From the human T2T-CHM13v2.0 reference genome, Homo sapiens, in the NCBI RefSeq assembly GCF_009914755.1, contig NC_060932.1: a stretch of DNA of 64,000 nucleotides. One strand, written 5' to 3'. The notes under the pieces are model-generated. The model made no database searches and was not told the origin of the DNA. It saw nothing but the letters and a program-made list of their open reading frames with translations. This document shows, piece after piece, positions 15,421-28,412 of this stretch (its first letter is position 1; every line of letters starts with the position of its first letter). The position numbers and the translations under genes were made by a program.

Positions 15421-15492
15421 TTTTTTTTAAATATAGAAATGTACAGGTAAGTCCAAAACTATAAAACTTAGAAGAAAACACACGAGTAAATC

Positions 15493-16127
15493 TTTTTTTT
15501 TTTTTTTTAATTTGAGACAGGGTCTTGCTCTGTTACCCTGGCTGGAGTACAGTGGGGCTTCCACAGCTGATGCAGCATCAAACTTCTGGATTCAAGCAAT
15601 CCTGCTGCCTTAGCTTCCCAAGGAGCTAAGGCTACAGGTGTGCACCACACCTGGCTAATTCTATTTTTTGTAGAGATGGGATCTCGCTATGTTGCCCAGA
15701 CTGGTCTTGAACTCCTGGCCTCGAACTCCTGGCCTCAAGTGATCCTCCCATCTAGGCCTCACAAAGTGCTGGGAATACAGGCACAAGCCACTGCACCTGA
15801 GCAGGAATAAATAAATAAATATATATGTATATATATATATATTTTTTAAACACAGTCTCACTCTGTCGCCTAGGGTGGAGTGCAGTGGTGCAATCTCGGC
15901 TCACTGCAAACTCTGCCTCCTGGGTTCAAGTGATTCTCCTGCCTCAGCCTCCTGAGTAGCTGGGACTATAGGTGTGTGCCACCATACTGGGCTAATTTTT
16001 GCATTTTTTAGTAGAGACAGGGTTTTACCATATTGGCCAGGCTGGTCTCGAACTCCTGACCTCGTGATCCGCCCACCTTGGCCTCCCAAAGTGCTGGGAT
16101 TACAGGCATGAGCCACCATGCCCAGCC
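15493..16127 (-). mobile_element. Two tandem Alus (AluJ 15493-15802, AluS 15842-16127)
   Basis: Two antisense dimers; gagtaaatcttt flanks the pair. Confidence 0.88.
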
Positions 16128-16280
16128 AGGAGTAAATCTTTATGATGTTGGGTTAAGCAATGATTTCTTAGCTATAATATCAAAGTACAAGCAGCAACAA
16201 CAACGACAACAACAATTATTTCTATCAAAATTAAAAACTTTTGTGCTTCAAATGATACCATCAAGAAAGATAAAAATTCC

Positions 16281-16582
16281 AGCCAGGCGTGGTGGCTCAC
16301 GCCTGTAATCCCAGCACTTTGGGAGGCCGAGGCGGGTGGATCACGAGGTCAGGAGATTTTAGACCATCCTGGCTAACACAGTGAAACCCCATCTCTACTA
16401 AAAATACAGAAAATTAGCTGGGCGTGGTGGCGGGCGCCTGTAGTCCCAGCTATTCAGGAGGCTGAGGCAGGAGAATAGCGTGAACCCAGGAGATGGAACT
16501 TGCAGTGAGCCAAGATCACACCACTGCACTCCAGCCTGGATGATAGGGCGAGACTCGGTCTCAAAAAAAAAAAAAAAAAAAA
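16281..16582 (+). mobile_element. AluY
   Basis: gaccatcctggctaacac diagnostic, A-tail, TSD aagataaaaattcca. Confidence 0.92.
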
Positions 16583-17166
16583 GATAAAAATTCCAAGGCC
16601 TTATGTACTGCAAAAAATAAAGAAAAAAAGAAAAAATAACCCACAGAATGGAAGAACACATTTGTAAATTGTATATATCTGATCCGGCACTTGTATACAG
16701 AATATATAAAAAACACATAACTCAGTCATAAAGGATAAGTAGCCCATTTGAAAAATGGGACAGGATATGAATAGACATTTCTGCAAAGATGATGGACAAA
16801 TGGTCAACAAACACAAGAAAAGATGCTCAACATCATTAGCCATTGGGGAAATACAAATAAAAATCACTGAGATGTCACTTCACATCCACTGAGATGGCTT
16901 TAATCAGAAGGATGAACAATCACAAGTATTGTCAAGGATGTGGAAACATTGGAACCTTATGTATCGCTGTGGAAACGTAGGACGGGGCAGCTGCTTTGGA
17001 AAACAGTTTGGCATTTCCTCAAAAGTAAACATAGAATTACCATATGACCCAGCAACTACACAAATATTCATAATAGTCAAATATGGAAACAACTCAAAAT
17101 GCCCAGCAATGGATGAAAGTCTAAAGGAAACGGGGTTGACCTGTACAACGGAACGTCCCTCAGCAA

Positions 17167-17388
17167 TAAAAAGCAACAGAGCTCGGATGCATGCTAGAGC
17201 GTACCGGGAAGCAGGATCAGGGCCTGGGACCAGGCGGCTGTAAAAAGCAACAGAGCTCGGACGCATGCTAGAGCGTACCGGGAAGCTGGATGAGGGCCTG
17301 GGACCAGGCGGCTGTAAAAAGCAACAGAGCTCGGACGCGTGCTAGAGTGTACCGGGAAGCAGGATCAGCACCTGGGACCAGGAGGCTG
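17167..17388. repeat. 74-bp tandem repeat x3
   Basis: taaaaagcaacagagctcgga...ctgggaccaggcggctg starting at 17167, 17241 and 17315. Confidence 0.95.
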
Positions 17389-19989
17389 TGCCCGGGTTCA
17401 CCACACTGCTCCATCACCCTCCTCACCGGGCCATCGAGCCTCTGAATCCCACACCTCTGCCATCTCCCCTCAGCCTCAGCCCCACTGTCATTCACCTAAA
17501 CCACAGGTGGCTCAACCATTTCTGTATTTCCTGTCAGTCTCCTTGATGTGCTCCGGACATAAAAGCCTGGGCAAGGCTTCAAGAAGACTATTTTGGGTGG
17601 GCTCTTGGTGCAGTCTGGCTGGCTGCCTCACTTGTCCTGCCTCCCGCCCTGCTCCAGGCTCCCTGGGCTCCTGCCATCCGGTCCTGCTAACCCCAGGGCT
17701 GCCACATGAGCTGATCCCCACCATCTTCTCCTGCAGGCCCCAGACTCAATCTCCCTCCTGGAGGCTTGCCCTGAGCTCCTCATCTAAATGAAGCATGCTA
17801 GATTTGCTGTCACAGCCTCATCCCCGTCCTTCAGACCACACACCGCAGCTGCCAACTGTGTGTATCTGTTTCCTGCACTAGACTCTGAGCTTCAAGAGAC
17901 AAACGCTTTACCCCTGCACTGCCAGCCCCGAGCACCACTGACCGGCACTCAGTTATCCATGGAATGGATGACCAGAAAGGCACGACCACCTAATCCAGCT
18001 CTGATGACGCTGCCTGGTGCTGCTCCCTCCTCCCACACCAGAGACCCCCACCACACACATGTGCTCACACTCAGGACACACAGTGCTGCCAAGCCTCAGG
18101 GCCGCCAAGCTTCTCCCGAAACCCAACCAGGGCCCTTCACATACCAAGCACATGCTAATTAATTCCAGTTTGTAAATCCTAATGTCAGTTCTCTCTGTGG
18201 AATGAGGCCTATGTTGGGTGTCTCACCCATGCCAGGCTCTGCGGGTCACTGACAAGAGTCTCTGCCCTGCAGCATCTCCCAGCCAGGGGCACAGGGTCAC
18301 CAACAGGCAGATTCTGCAAATGACTTACCATTTAAAATACATCAGAATGGGTCAAGGGTGGATAATAACTTCACGTAAGTTCTGATGTTTTCCGCAAAAG
18401 AAATGAACGAATAAAGCTGGAGTTAGAAAGAAGCTATTGCCAACCCTTTCACTCTTCCTAACTGCATGCTGACTCGGAAGGTGGGGCTCAAGCTGAGAAG
18501 TGCTCCCCTTCAGGAGACAGTGTCACTCTACACGCTGCAAACACCACCCTCCCACCTGCTCCCTGACCCCCAGATGCCTGCTCACCTGGGCTCTCGCCAA
18601 CACTCCAGTCACAGAGCTGCCGGCTCCGGCCACACATCCCTCCCGCCTGAGGCTCTTTCTGTGCCTGGTGAATAGCCCAAGGCTCAGCTGCTGATACTCC
18701 TCCTTTCCAGACAAGACACCCCTTCTCCAGAAAGCCTACCTGAACTCCACGCCCCTCCCGGCCAGCCACCCTAGGGTTCTCCCTACGACCCCAGGCACAC
18801 GGCCACCTCTGCTGTCCACAGGATGTTAGCACAACTCACTCCCGTGTCCCCCACCAGAGGCCTGGTCTGTCTCCTCCCTGTCGGGGGTATCTGACTGGCA
18901 AGTGGCTGGCACATACAGGCAACAGTAAAGACAGGGGCGAGATGAGTGTGGGTGGGCCTGGCAAACACAAGACCAGGTGTGAGAGCCCTGCCAGAGCAAT
19001 GGAGACAGGCTCCGCCCAAGTGAGGCTCATCCTGGGCCCCAGTGGCCTTGGGCAGAAAGCCCCACACTGTTCCTGGACGCCGTCTGTGATTCCGGCACAT
19101 GCTGTAAACGAGGGTCTCAGGGACGTCACAGCACTACCCCCTCCCACATGTGGGAATTTCCACAGCACGCCTGAATTCTGAATAGAAAATAAAAGGTCAA
19201 CACAGCCGCAATTAAATAGAAACAGCACCTAGAGTTTCAGAAGCTGCTCCCCTTTATCAGCCACACATGCAGCAGGCAGTCAGATTCCGGGGAAACTTAC
19301 ACTGCAGAGGCTTCAGCACAGCTCTGAGTGGCAGGAGGAACATGCTGGCCACCTCTGTGATCCCAGGGAATGCTTGAAGGGACCGTAACAGAAAACCACT
19401 AGGAGTATCTCAAGGCTAACAGTAAACTCAACCCATGAAGGAAGCATCAGCCACTCTGTCAGGATAGTGTTGGGGCCTCTAGTAGTTTAAAGTAATAATC
19501 AAGAGAAAAGGCAGGAAAGATGAAAGGAGCATGGCAAGAAAGGAAAATAGACTCAAACACTGTTGGCCAGACAAGGGGTTCTGGACCCTGTGTCCAGCAC
19601 CCTGGCTGCCAGGAGCTGGGGAGACAGCAGTGCTCCCACGCCTCACATCTGTCTACACCACCATCAACTGTGCTCTGTGTGCGCCTAGACCAGCCTGCAA
19701 GAGGCTGGTTCATCAGCCTCTTAGTGTTGATATTAATTTTTAAAACTCCTATTATACACAAATAACAGTAATTTACAGAACCCACTGAGACTCAGCCATT
19801 CTTCAGCTTCACAACAACCTTGAACAAATAAGCAGGACAAGCATCTTATCTGCAGATAAGAGCTCGAGTGCTTAACTGACTTATCTGTGCTCAATCACAC
19901 AGGCAGCGATTAAGTCAATGTTTAACTCAAGTCTTCTGCACGGAGACCAGTGTAGCATCGCTACCACCTGAAATTTGACGCTGATCAGG

Positions 19990-20301
19990 GGCCAGGCACA
20001 GTGGTTCATGCCTGTAATCCCAGCACTTTGGGAGGCAGAAGCGGGAGGATCACTTGAGCCCAAGAGTTCAAAACCAGTCTGGGTAACAGGGTGAAATCCT
20101 GCCTCTACAAAAATTACAAAAATTAGCTGGGCATGGTGACATGCACCTATTGTTCCAGCTACTTGGGAGGCTGAGGCAGGAGGATCGCTTGAGCCCAGGA
20201 GGTCAAAGATACAGTGAGCAGATATCATGCCACTGCCCCCTAGCCTGGGTGATAGATTGAGAACCTGTCTCAAAAAAAAAAAGAGGAAGAAAGAAAAGAA
20301 A
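19990..20301 (+). mobile_element. Alu (AluJ-like)
   Basis: Full dimer, TSD ctgatcaggg. Confidence 0.9.
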
Positions 20302-20678
20302 CTGATCAGGGACTCATCGCCTTGCCACAGCCCCCAAGAACACACCCGCACCAAGGCCCTCTGCGGGCATGCAGCCTTCTGACTCTCACCTTGGAATGTT
20401 CTCTTCTGAAAAATCCTAGTCACTCCTGTTTTTAACAGCTTCATTGAGATAGAATTCACATTACATACAATTCACCCAATTAAAGTATATGATTTTAGGT
20501 TATTTTTAGTATATTCACAGATATGTGCAACCTTCACCACAGTCAATTTTAGAATATTTTCATTATGCTAAAAGAAATTCCATACCTCTTGGCTGTCATC
20601 CCCTAGCCCTTGGCAACCACTAATCTACTTTCTATCTCTACAGATTCACTTCTTCTGGACACTTCACATAAACGGAAT

Positions 20679-22258
20679 TGTCATGAGATCCTTGGGGTGT
20701 CGCTTCACCAGCCAGAAACCGCTGTGGCCAGTGGTGCCTTCTGCCTGAGTATTGCTCATGCCCACTGGGATTGTTCCGCCCACTCAGGCCGGCAGACTGC
20801 TCTCAGCTCACACTACCGGCCCAGATCCCACACCTGCCAAGTGCAAGCCAGGTGCAAAGTGGCAAGGGGTGTGTGGGCAAGCAAGCGCAGGGTCAGGCCA
20901 CCGTGCATAGCCAGGCATGCCAGCTGCAGCGGGGCAGGCTGCTCCAGGTGCCAGCTCTGTGCGAGGCTGCGGCTTGACCAGATGTACTGCATGTGGCTTC
21001 CACTGTGGGCACCTGCATCTGGATGAGGGGAATGCAGTGGCATCCAGAAGCTTGGAGATGCCAGGAACCACAGAACCCCAAAGAGGGTGTCACAGCCCTG
21101 GCTCGAGGAGACCCTAGGTCTGGGCTCCCCAAAGTGCTGCAGCTCTTCTCTCCTTTTCATTACCTGCAACGTGGTGAGTGGTGGGGGGCGGTGGTCGGGG
21201 GGAGTGTGTGTTTCAGCCCTGTTTGTGTTGCAGCTCATTTAGTCCCGCCATTCAGCAGGTCCCAAGTTCCTGTCACATGTCCAGGTAGAATGAGGTACGT
21301 GAACAACTGGAGAGTGAGCGAGGTGGAGAGGAGCTTCACTGTGCGACAGAACAGCTCTTGGGAGACCCACAGTGGGTAGCTCCTTTCCGCATACGGGTTG
21401 TCTTGACGACTGTTCAGGTCTCAGCAGAGAGGAGACTCGGACTGGTTAGCTCCTATCCTATCTGCAGGCAGGCTGTCCTGTTGTTTGCCTGAGTCTGGCT
21501 GAGTCCAGGGTTTTTATGGGCTTCAGAGGGGAGAAAGTATGTGCTGAATGGTTCACGGGTGGCCATGGGCAGGCCCAGAAAAAGCACCATAAACTCTTAC
21601 TCTGGTCCATGGAACTGGCAGCCCAGCCCCCAGGCTTCAGGCTGTCCCTGACTTGAACATGGGGCTTCATCAGGGACCTGCCCCTTTTCACCCAGGAGCC
21701 TGTCTGCCTCCTGCTACCATCAACCTGCCGTCCATGGTGCCCAGGCTATTTGTGCTGAGGGGCTCCTGCAGGCCTGCACCAAGCTGCCCTCAGCCCCTCC
21801 TCGGGCTCCCTCCTGTGCTCGCTCGTCGGCACCCAAAGTCCGAAGGCGGCCGAGAAGGCAGGGGGCTGGCATGTCAGTTTTGCCCCAAGTGCATGTACAC
21901 CTGGCCAGGTTGCAACAGTGCCTGGGCTCAGCCTCAACTTTGTTCCAAAATTGACGTGGGGACCAGGAGCAGGGAGAGGCCAGGTAGCGGGAGGAGGCTG
22001 GCCTGCTTCTGAGTCTGCAGGGGAAGGGGGGCTTCCTGAGTCCCCGAGAGAGCAGGGATGTCTGGGTCCATAGCCACAGCTAGGCAGCTGCAGCTGTGCC
22101 CAGGAGGGCCAGGCTCCCACCCCTCCAACTTGGAAGGGGGTGCAGCTCCTGCCTGTTCCCAGTTCCCACCAGCTCCATGGACCATGCAGCCCCAAGCCTC
22201 CCCAGCTGCAACCAGCGTCATGGCAGCAGCCACTCCAGACAAGCCACCAATGCCATTA
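20679..22258 (-). mobile_element. MER52-family (long, MER52C/D-like) solo LTR
   Basis: Reverse-complement homolog of 608-1892; perfect 4-bp TSD GAAT (20675-20678 and 22259-22262). Confidence 0.88.
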
Positions 22259-22390
22259 GAATCATACAGTATGTCTCCAGCTTCTTTCACTTAGCATTTT
22301 TTTTTTGAGACAGAGTCTTACTCTGTCACCAGGCTACAGAGCAGTGGCATGATCTCGGCTAACTGCAACCTCTGCCTCCCGGTACGCCAC

Positions 22391-23974
22391 TGTGTCCAGA
22401 ATTGGTGGGTTCTTGGTCTTGCTGACTTCAAGAACGAAGCCGCGGACCCTCGCGGTGAGTGTTACAGCTCTTAAAGATGGTGTGTCCGGAGTTTGTTCCT
22501 TCTGGTGGGCTCGTGGTCTTGCTGACTTCAGGAGTGAAACTGCAGACCTTCGTGGTTAGTGTTACAGCTCTTAAAGATGGTGCGTCTGGAGTTGTTCATT
22601 CCTTCCGGTGGGTTTGTGGTCTCGCTGGCCTCAGGAGTGAAGCTGCAGACCTTTGTGGTTAGTGTTACAGCTCTTAAAGGCAGTGCATCTGGAGTTGTTC
22701 GTTCCTGCCGGTGGGTTCGTGGTCTTCCTGGCTTCAGGAGTGAAACTGCAGACCTTCGTGGTTAGTGTTACAGCTCTTAAAGACGGTGCGTCTGGAGTTG
22801 TTCATTCCTTCCGGTGGGTTCGTGGTCTCGCTGGCCTCAGGAGTGAAGCTGCAGACCTTCGTGGTTAGTATTACAGTTCTTAAAGGCAGTGCATCTGGAG
22901 TTGTTCGTTCCCTCCGGTGGGTTCGTGGTCTTCCTGGCTTCAGGAGTGAAGCTGCAGACCTTCGCGGTGAGTGTTACGGTTCATGAAGATAGCATGTCCA
23001 GAGTTGTTCCTTCCTCCCGTCAGGAGTTGTTCTTCCCTCCCAGTGGGTTCATGGTCTCGCTGGCTTCAGGAGTGAAGCTGCAGACCTTCTCGGTGAGTGT
23101 CACAGCTCATAAAGGCGGCGCGGACCCAAAGAGTGAGCACCAGCAAGATTTAGTGCGAAGAGCAAAAGAACAAAGCTTCCACAGCATGGAAGGGGACCCC
23201 AGCGTGTTGCCGCTGCTGGCTTGGGTGGCCTGCTTTTATTCCCTTATCTGGCTCCACCCACCTCCCACCGATTGGTCCATTTTACACAGAGCTGATTGGT
23301 CCGTTTTGACAGGGTGCTGATTAGTATGTTTACAAACCTTCAGCTAAACACAGAGTGCTGATTGGTGCATTTACAATACTTTAGCTAGACACAAAAGTTC
23401 TCCAAGTCCCCACTAGATTAGCTAGACACAGAGCACTGATTGGTGCGTTTACAAACCTTGAGCTAGACACGGGTGCTGCTGACTGGTGCGTTTACAAACC
23501 TTGAGCTAGACACACGTGCTGCTGACTGGTGCGTTTACAAACCTTGAGCTAGACACACAGTGCTGATTGGTGCGTTTACAAACCTTTAGCTAGACACAGA
23601 CTGCTGATTGGTGTGTTTACAAACCTTTAGCTAGACAGAAAAGTTCTCCAAGTCCCCACCCGACCCAGAAGCCCAGCCGGCTTCACCTCTCAATGGTGGG
23701 ACTTCACGGCACCTAGCCCGGGCACTCCGGCAGCCCAGAGGAAGCTCGTCCCAGATCAAGCCCAGCAGGCGCCAGCCACAGCACCGGCTCCCGCCCACGC
23801 CTCTCCCTCCACACCTCTCTGCGAGCAGAGGGAGCCGGCTCTGGCCTCGGCCAGCCCCAGAGAGAGGCCCCCACAGCGCAGCAGCTGGCTGAAGGGCTCC
23901 TCCAGCGTGGCCAGAGCGGACGCCGAGGAGGCGCCGAGAGCAAGCGAGGGCTGCCAGCACGTTGTCACCTCTCA
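22391..23974 (-). mobile_element. LTR12 (ERV9) solo LTR, LTR12D-like
   Basis: Minus-strand start TGAGAGGTGACAACGTGCTGGCAGCCCTCGC, tandem gctgattggt (CCAAT) repeats, end ccaattctggacaca, TSD ccac/cctc. Confidence 0.92.
22442..23110. repeat. About 103-bp tandem repeat in the LTR12 U5, about 7 copies
   Basis: gcagacc at 22542, 22645, 22748, 22851, 22954 and 23080. Confidence 0.9.
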
Positions 23975-25167
23975 CCTCCACGCCCAGCTAATTTTTGTAC
24001 TTTTAGTATAGACAGGGTTTCACCATGTTGGTCAGGATGGTCTTGATCTCTTGACCTCATGATCCGCCCGCCTGGGCCTCCCAAAGTGCTGGGATTAGAG
24101 GCCTGAGCCACCGTGCCTGGCCTGCATATTTTTAAGGTTCACACACGTTATAACATGAATCAGTAACTCACTTCCTTTTATTGCCAAATAATATTCCATT
24201 GCAGGAATGGACCACATTGTGTTTATCCGTTCATCCGCTGATGGACATTTAGGTTGTCTCCACTTTCTGGCTGTTGTGAACACTCATGGACAAGCTTCTG
24301 CGTGGACGTGTATATTTCCAGTCACTCAACCAAAAGAACACACAAAAGGTGAACCAGTTTCCAACTGAGACATTCATTTAATTTGACCTACTATATTATT
24401 TAAAATATAGAGAGATGAGATAATTAGGAGAAATAAATGACCAAAGGAAGTGCAGAAATAAAGACACTAAGAGACAAGAGCAAACCCTGATGTGACGGAA
24501 TAAACGGTGATTGAAGAAAGAGATGCTATTTCTAGGATGGGTCCTACAGGTACATTTGCAAAACACTGTGCCTATAGCCTTGCTGGTAACAGCATGAAAA
24601 TTCCACAGCACCTCCATACAGCCAAATACAGTGCGGCCATGGAAAGAATGTACCGGAAAATGTACTGATATGGAAAGATCTCTCAAACATAGTTGAAAAA
24701 GGCAAGGTTCAGAAACTTTTTAAAAAGAAAAGGGTAAGGAAAAAAACAGAATACATACACTTGTTTGCTTGCAAAGTTACAAAGTATCTCTAGAAGGATA
24801 CACAAGAAGCTGGTCCAGCAAAGCTTCCAGGGGAACCAGGTTCCAGGGTAGAGACTAGGAGGCTTCACTGAGCTCCCTTTGTACTTTTGAACCACGTATA
24901 TTATCTGCTCAAAAATGTTAAACAAAATTGAAACTTTCTAGGAAGCAAAAATAGAGAATCTGTGAGAATCAAGACATTTACACTTAGGAAAGCAAGTTAC
25001 AAGAGAGGCCCAGGAAGATGGAAGCAGCCGACGTGGGAAATGTGTCAACGAGTCCCTCCCCCTGCTGCGCCAGCCATTCTCTGAGGGCAACTCCCCATCC
25101 TAAACCCAATCATCTTTACTGAAGCCAGTGCTCAAAGAAAATGTTGCAATCTGCAGCAAGACATTCA

Positions 25168-25345
<178 letters not shown>

Positions 25346-25699
25346 CAAATGTATCTGCTGCCCTCAAGGACTTCCCAGTCTAGAGGGGAGAAAATATTAT
25401 GTGATTGTGCAGTGACCAAAAGCACCACCTAGAGCACTACGAGAGGGGGTGGAGCACCTGAGGACAAGGCAGCGATCCAGGAGGCGCTCCCACAGACATT
25501 ACCTGAGTCTGAGTCAAAGGGCTGAAGGAACCAGTGAGCTTGGCTTAGTTTTGGAAGGAGGGACGCCAAGAAAGACTTGGCCCATGACCACATGGCAGTT
25601 TTTCTGGAGAGCAGAGTAGGTTGGGGTCACGCAGCGCTGTGGAGCATGGTCCAGGAGGCACTGGGGAGCCAGGGAGGAGAGCCAGGCAGCAGAGTCACT

Positions 25700-25882
25700 C
25701 GCCTAGACGCTCTGAGCCTGGCGCCATCCTGTGCACTGTAGGATTTCAACAGCATCCCCAGCCTCCACAAATCCTTGGCCATCCCCTCCTAGTTGGGACA
25801 ACCAAAAATGTCTCCAAATATTGCCAAATGTGGCAGGAGGGCGGGGAGTGGTGTCAGAATCACCCCTGGGGAGATCACTGCC
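25700..25882 (+). mobile_element. MER20 (hAT-Charlie) fragment
   Basis: cctgtgcactgtaggatttcaacagcatcccc...gacaaccaaaaatgtctccaaatattgccaaatg. Confidence 0.75.
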
Positions 25883-26334
25883 CTGTTTATATCATCTGAG
25901 CAGCTATGTGGCAGAGACAGGGGAGTGGCTCAAGGCTGGGGCAGGAGAGCCCCAGGAGGTACAGCGTAGTGCAGGAGGGACATGGTGCAGGTCCCACTCA
26001 GGCAGGGGTTCTGATCACTGTTCAGGGGGAACTGGCAAGAGGACCTGGAGCCGTACCACATGGCAGCTGAGAGGGGGACCCAGCACGCCAAAATTCTAGG
26101 TGGTGACCAAGCAGGTGAAGGTCCCAAAGCCCCAAAGGGTTGAGGCCAGAAGTGAATGTGGGTGCTGAGTCTGAGCCGCCTCAGGGGCTCTCGCGCATGG
26201 TGGCCGGCTCCAGCGTCCAGCATCTGCGGCTGAGGGGAGACATCCAGCTGCACCTTCAGTCATGGTGAGATGGCCCAGACAGCAGGTACGGGCTCCTCAG
26301 CTCTGCTCAGCACAGCGTCCGAGCAGGGGCTCAC

Positions 26335-26481
26335 CTTCCCCATAGGAGGCTGTACGTCACACCCTGCTTTGGTCCGTGGACCCTGAGATGCCAGTCCAGG
26401 ATGGTGCCGGAAAAGACACTAGGTTTCTGCCACTCTCTTGCCATAAAAACAGCATGTGCCACATAAGGCCTGGTCCTGGAT
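26335..26481 (-). other. Candidate 147-nt internal (5' UTR) exon of the minus-strand gene
   Basis: Acceptor tcttcatttccag|ATCC and donor GGGAAG|gtgagc in apparently unique sequence; no transcript evidence available. Confidence 0.3.
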
Positions 26482-26753
26482 CTGGAAATGAAGACTCTTG
26501 GAAAAGAGTCACAAGCAAACGAAACGCGGGCAGGAATCAGCCTCTGCTGCTGTGAGCGCTGCAGTGCTGGGGTTGCTACTGCAACTCGCTCTGGAGAAAG
26601 CTGTCCAGTAAACTCCTGGATTTGGATTTCTTCCTTCACCAACCCATCCTACAGAACATTGCCAATTAAATCTCCCTAAACCATTAATCAGGACATCCCC
26701 TGCTCACAAAGCTGCCTGCGGTGGCTCCCGGTTAGCTAGAAAATTAAAATCTA

Positions 26754-27057
<304 letters not shown>

Positions 27058-27329
27058 CTAAAGCCTTTAACTGGAATTCAAAGACCTTCTCATTATGACC
27101 CTTATCTCCCATTATTCCTTACACAACCTTTAAACCGCTAGAAACCACACATAACCAACCTTCTCACCTTTGCTCCCAAAATGTGAAAATACTTCTGTCT
27201 GCAGTGCTATGTCCCTACTCTTCCCTCTTCATATCCCACTGAGTACGGTTCAGCTAGAAGACCACCTCGTCTTGAAGCCTCCCTTCACTGCTGCAGCCCC
27301 CTGCAATTATCTCCCCTTTAAACTTCTAA

Positions 27330-27535
27330 AGCAAACTTTTCTGTAAATGGCCCAGATAACAAAGGGTTTAGGCTTTGCGGGCCGCACAGCCTCTGCACAA
27401 GGAGTCAGTTCAGCCAGAGCGGCCATGGACAATACAGAAAACACAGAAATAAGCAGGCGCAGCTGTTGAATAAAACCTCATTTACAAAAACACGCAGAGG
27501 AGTCTGCCAGGGGGCTGCAGTGTACTGACCCCTGG
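27330..27535 (+). mobile_element. MER58A (hAT-Charlie)
   Basis: gcaaacttttctgtaaatggcccagata...taggctttgcgggcc...aataaaacctcatttacaaaaaca...gacccctg. Confidence 0.8.
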
Positions 27536-28367
27536 TCTGGAGTACGGGTTAGGCCTTTAATCACAGAAGGACTCATATCCGTAGCAGATTTTTTCTTTTT
27601 AAGTTCCCCGAAAGCATGTCTGTGGCACTACAATGTACGTACAACTGAGCATAAATTAGATGTTCGATTTTAAAACTACAAAACAATACTTGGAAAACAC
27701 TTGCATACAAAATTGAAAAAAAAATTATTAATGCTAAATATTATGGTTTTCCCACAGAAATCCAAAAACTCAAAAGAAAAGGAGGGGAAAGCCACACTAA
27801 ATGTTGCACCAAGAAAAATTCCACCCAATGGATCATAATAGCGGCCACTAATCTCTTTTCACAATACACGAACTATGTCAAAGACTGGTACGAGTTTCAT
27901 AACAAGATTATCAATGGAGGGGGGTGCTATTTCATGTTAACAAAACTCAGATATATGATAATAAAATTACTTTGTCACCATCACATTTCAGGGGGTTAGC
28001 AGGATGGCAGGCACCAGTGACCAACACGAGTTTTAGGGAAGACTACCCCTGCAAAATCCTGGTCTCAGGTGTCTTGATACCAAACACAGCAGAAGTGGCA
28101 GAGGAGTTGGCGTGCAGACCAGCTGAGGAGGAGGATCACAGCAGGTGGAAACAGTGTGGCCAGGGTATGGAAGTCAGGGTCAGACTCAACCTCAGGGCAC
28201 AGCAAAGACTTGTCAGATAAACTTGGGAACAAGTCTAAGTGGCAGATGAAAGACACAACGAGGCAAGCACAGTGGCAGCAGAGACAGCCAGTGTCAGAGG
28301 GTAAGGATTTCACTTGTTGAAGCAAGAAAGGTAACGAGAAGGGACAGGAGACAGGCCAGGCAGGGTA

Positions 28368-28412
28368 GTCCAGCTCTGCGAGGGAGTCTGTCCAGCTCTG
28401 CGAGGGAGTCTG
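28368..28412. repeat. 22-bp tandem duplication
   Basis: gtccagctctgcgagggagtct x2. Confidence 0.85.

Larger units (their letters stand above)
22297..24122 (-). mobile_element. AluSc-like element split by LTR12
   Basis: Right-arm part 22297-22390, resuming at 23979 (cacgcccagctaatttttg...ggtcaggatggtcttgatctcttgacc). Confidence 0.85.
20425..24310 (-). mobile_element. L1MB-like 3' end acting as host for MER52, Alu and LTR12
   Basis: L1 3' UTR sequence continues across the inserts: cataaacggaat|catacagtatgt...cacttagcat|atttttaaggttcac...ccacattgtgtttatccgttcatcc. Confidence 0.8.

Noticed and set aside
18320-19310. Scattered minus-strand donor-like sites in unique intronic DNA
   Set aside because: No convincing paired acceptors or coding signal; expected by chance
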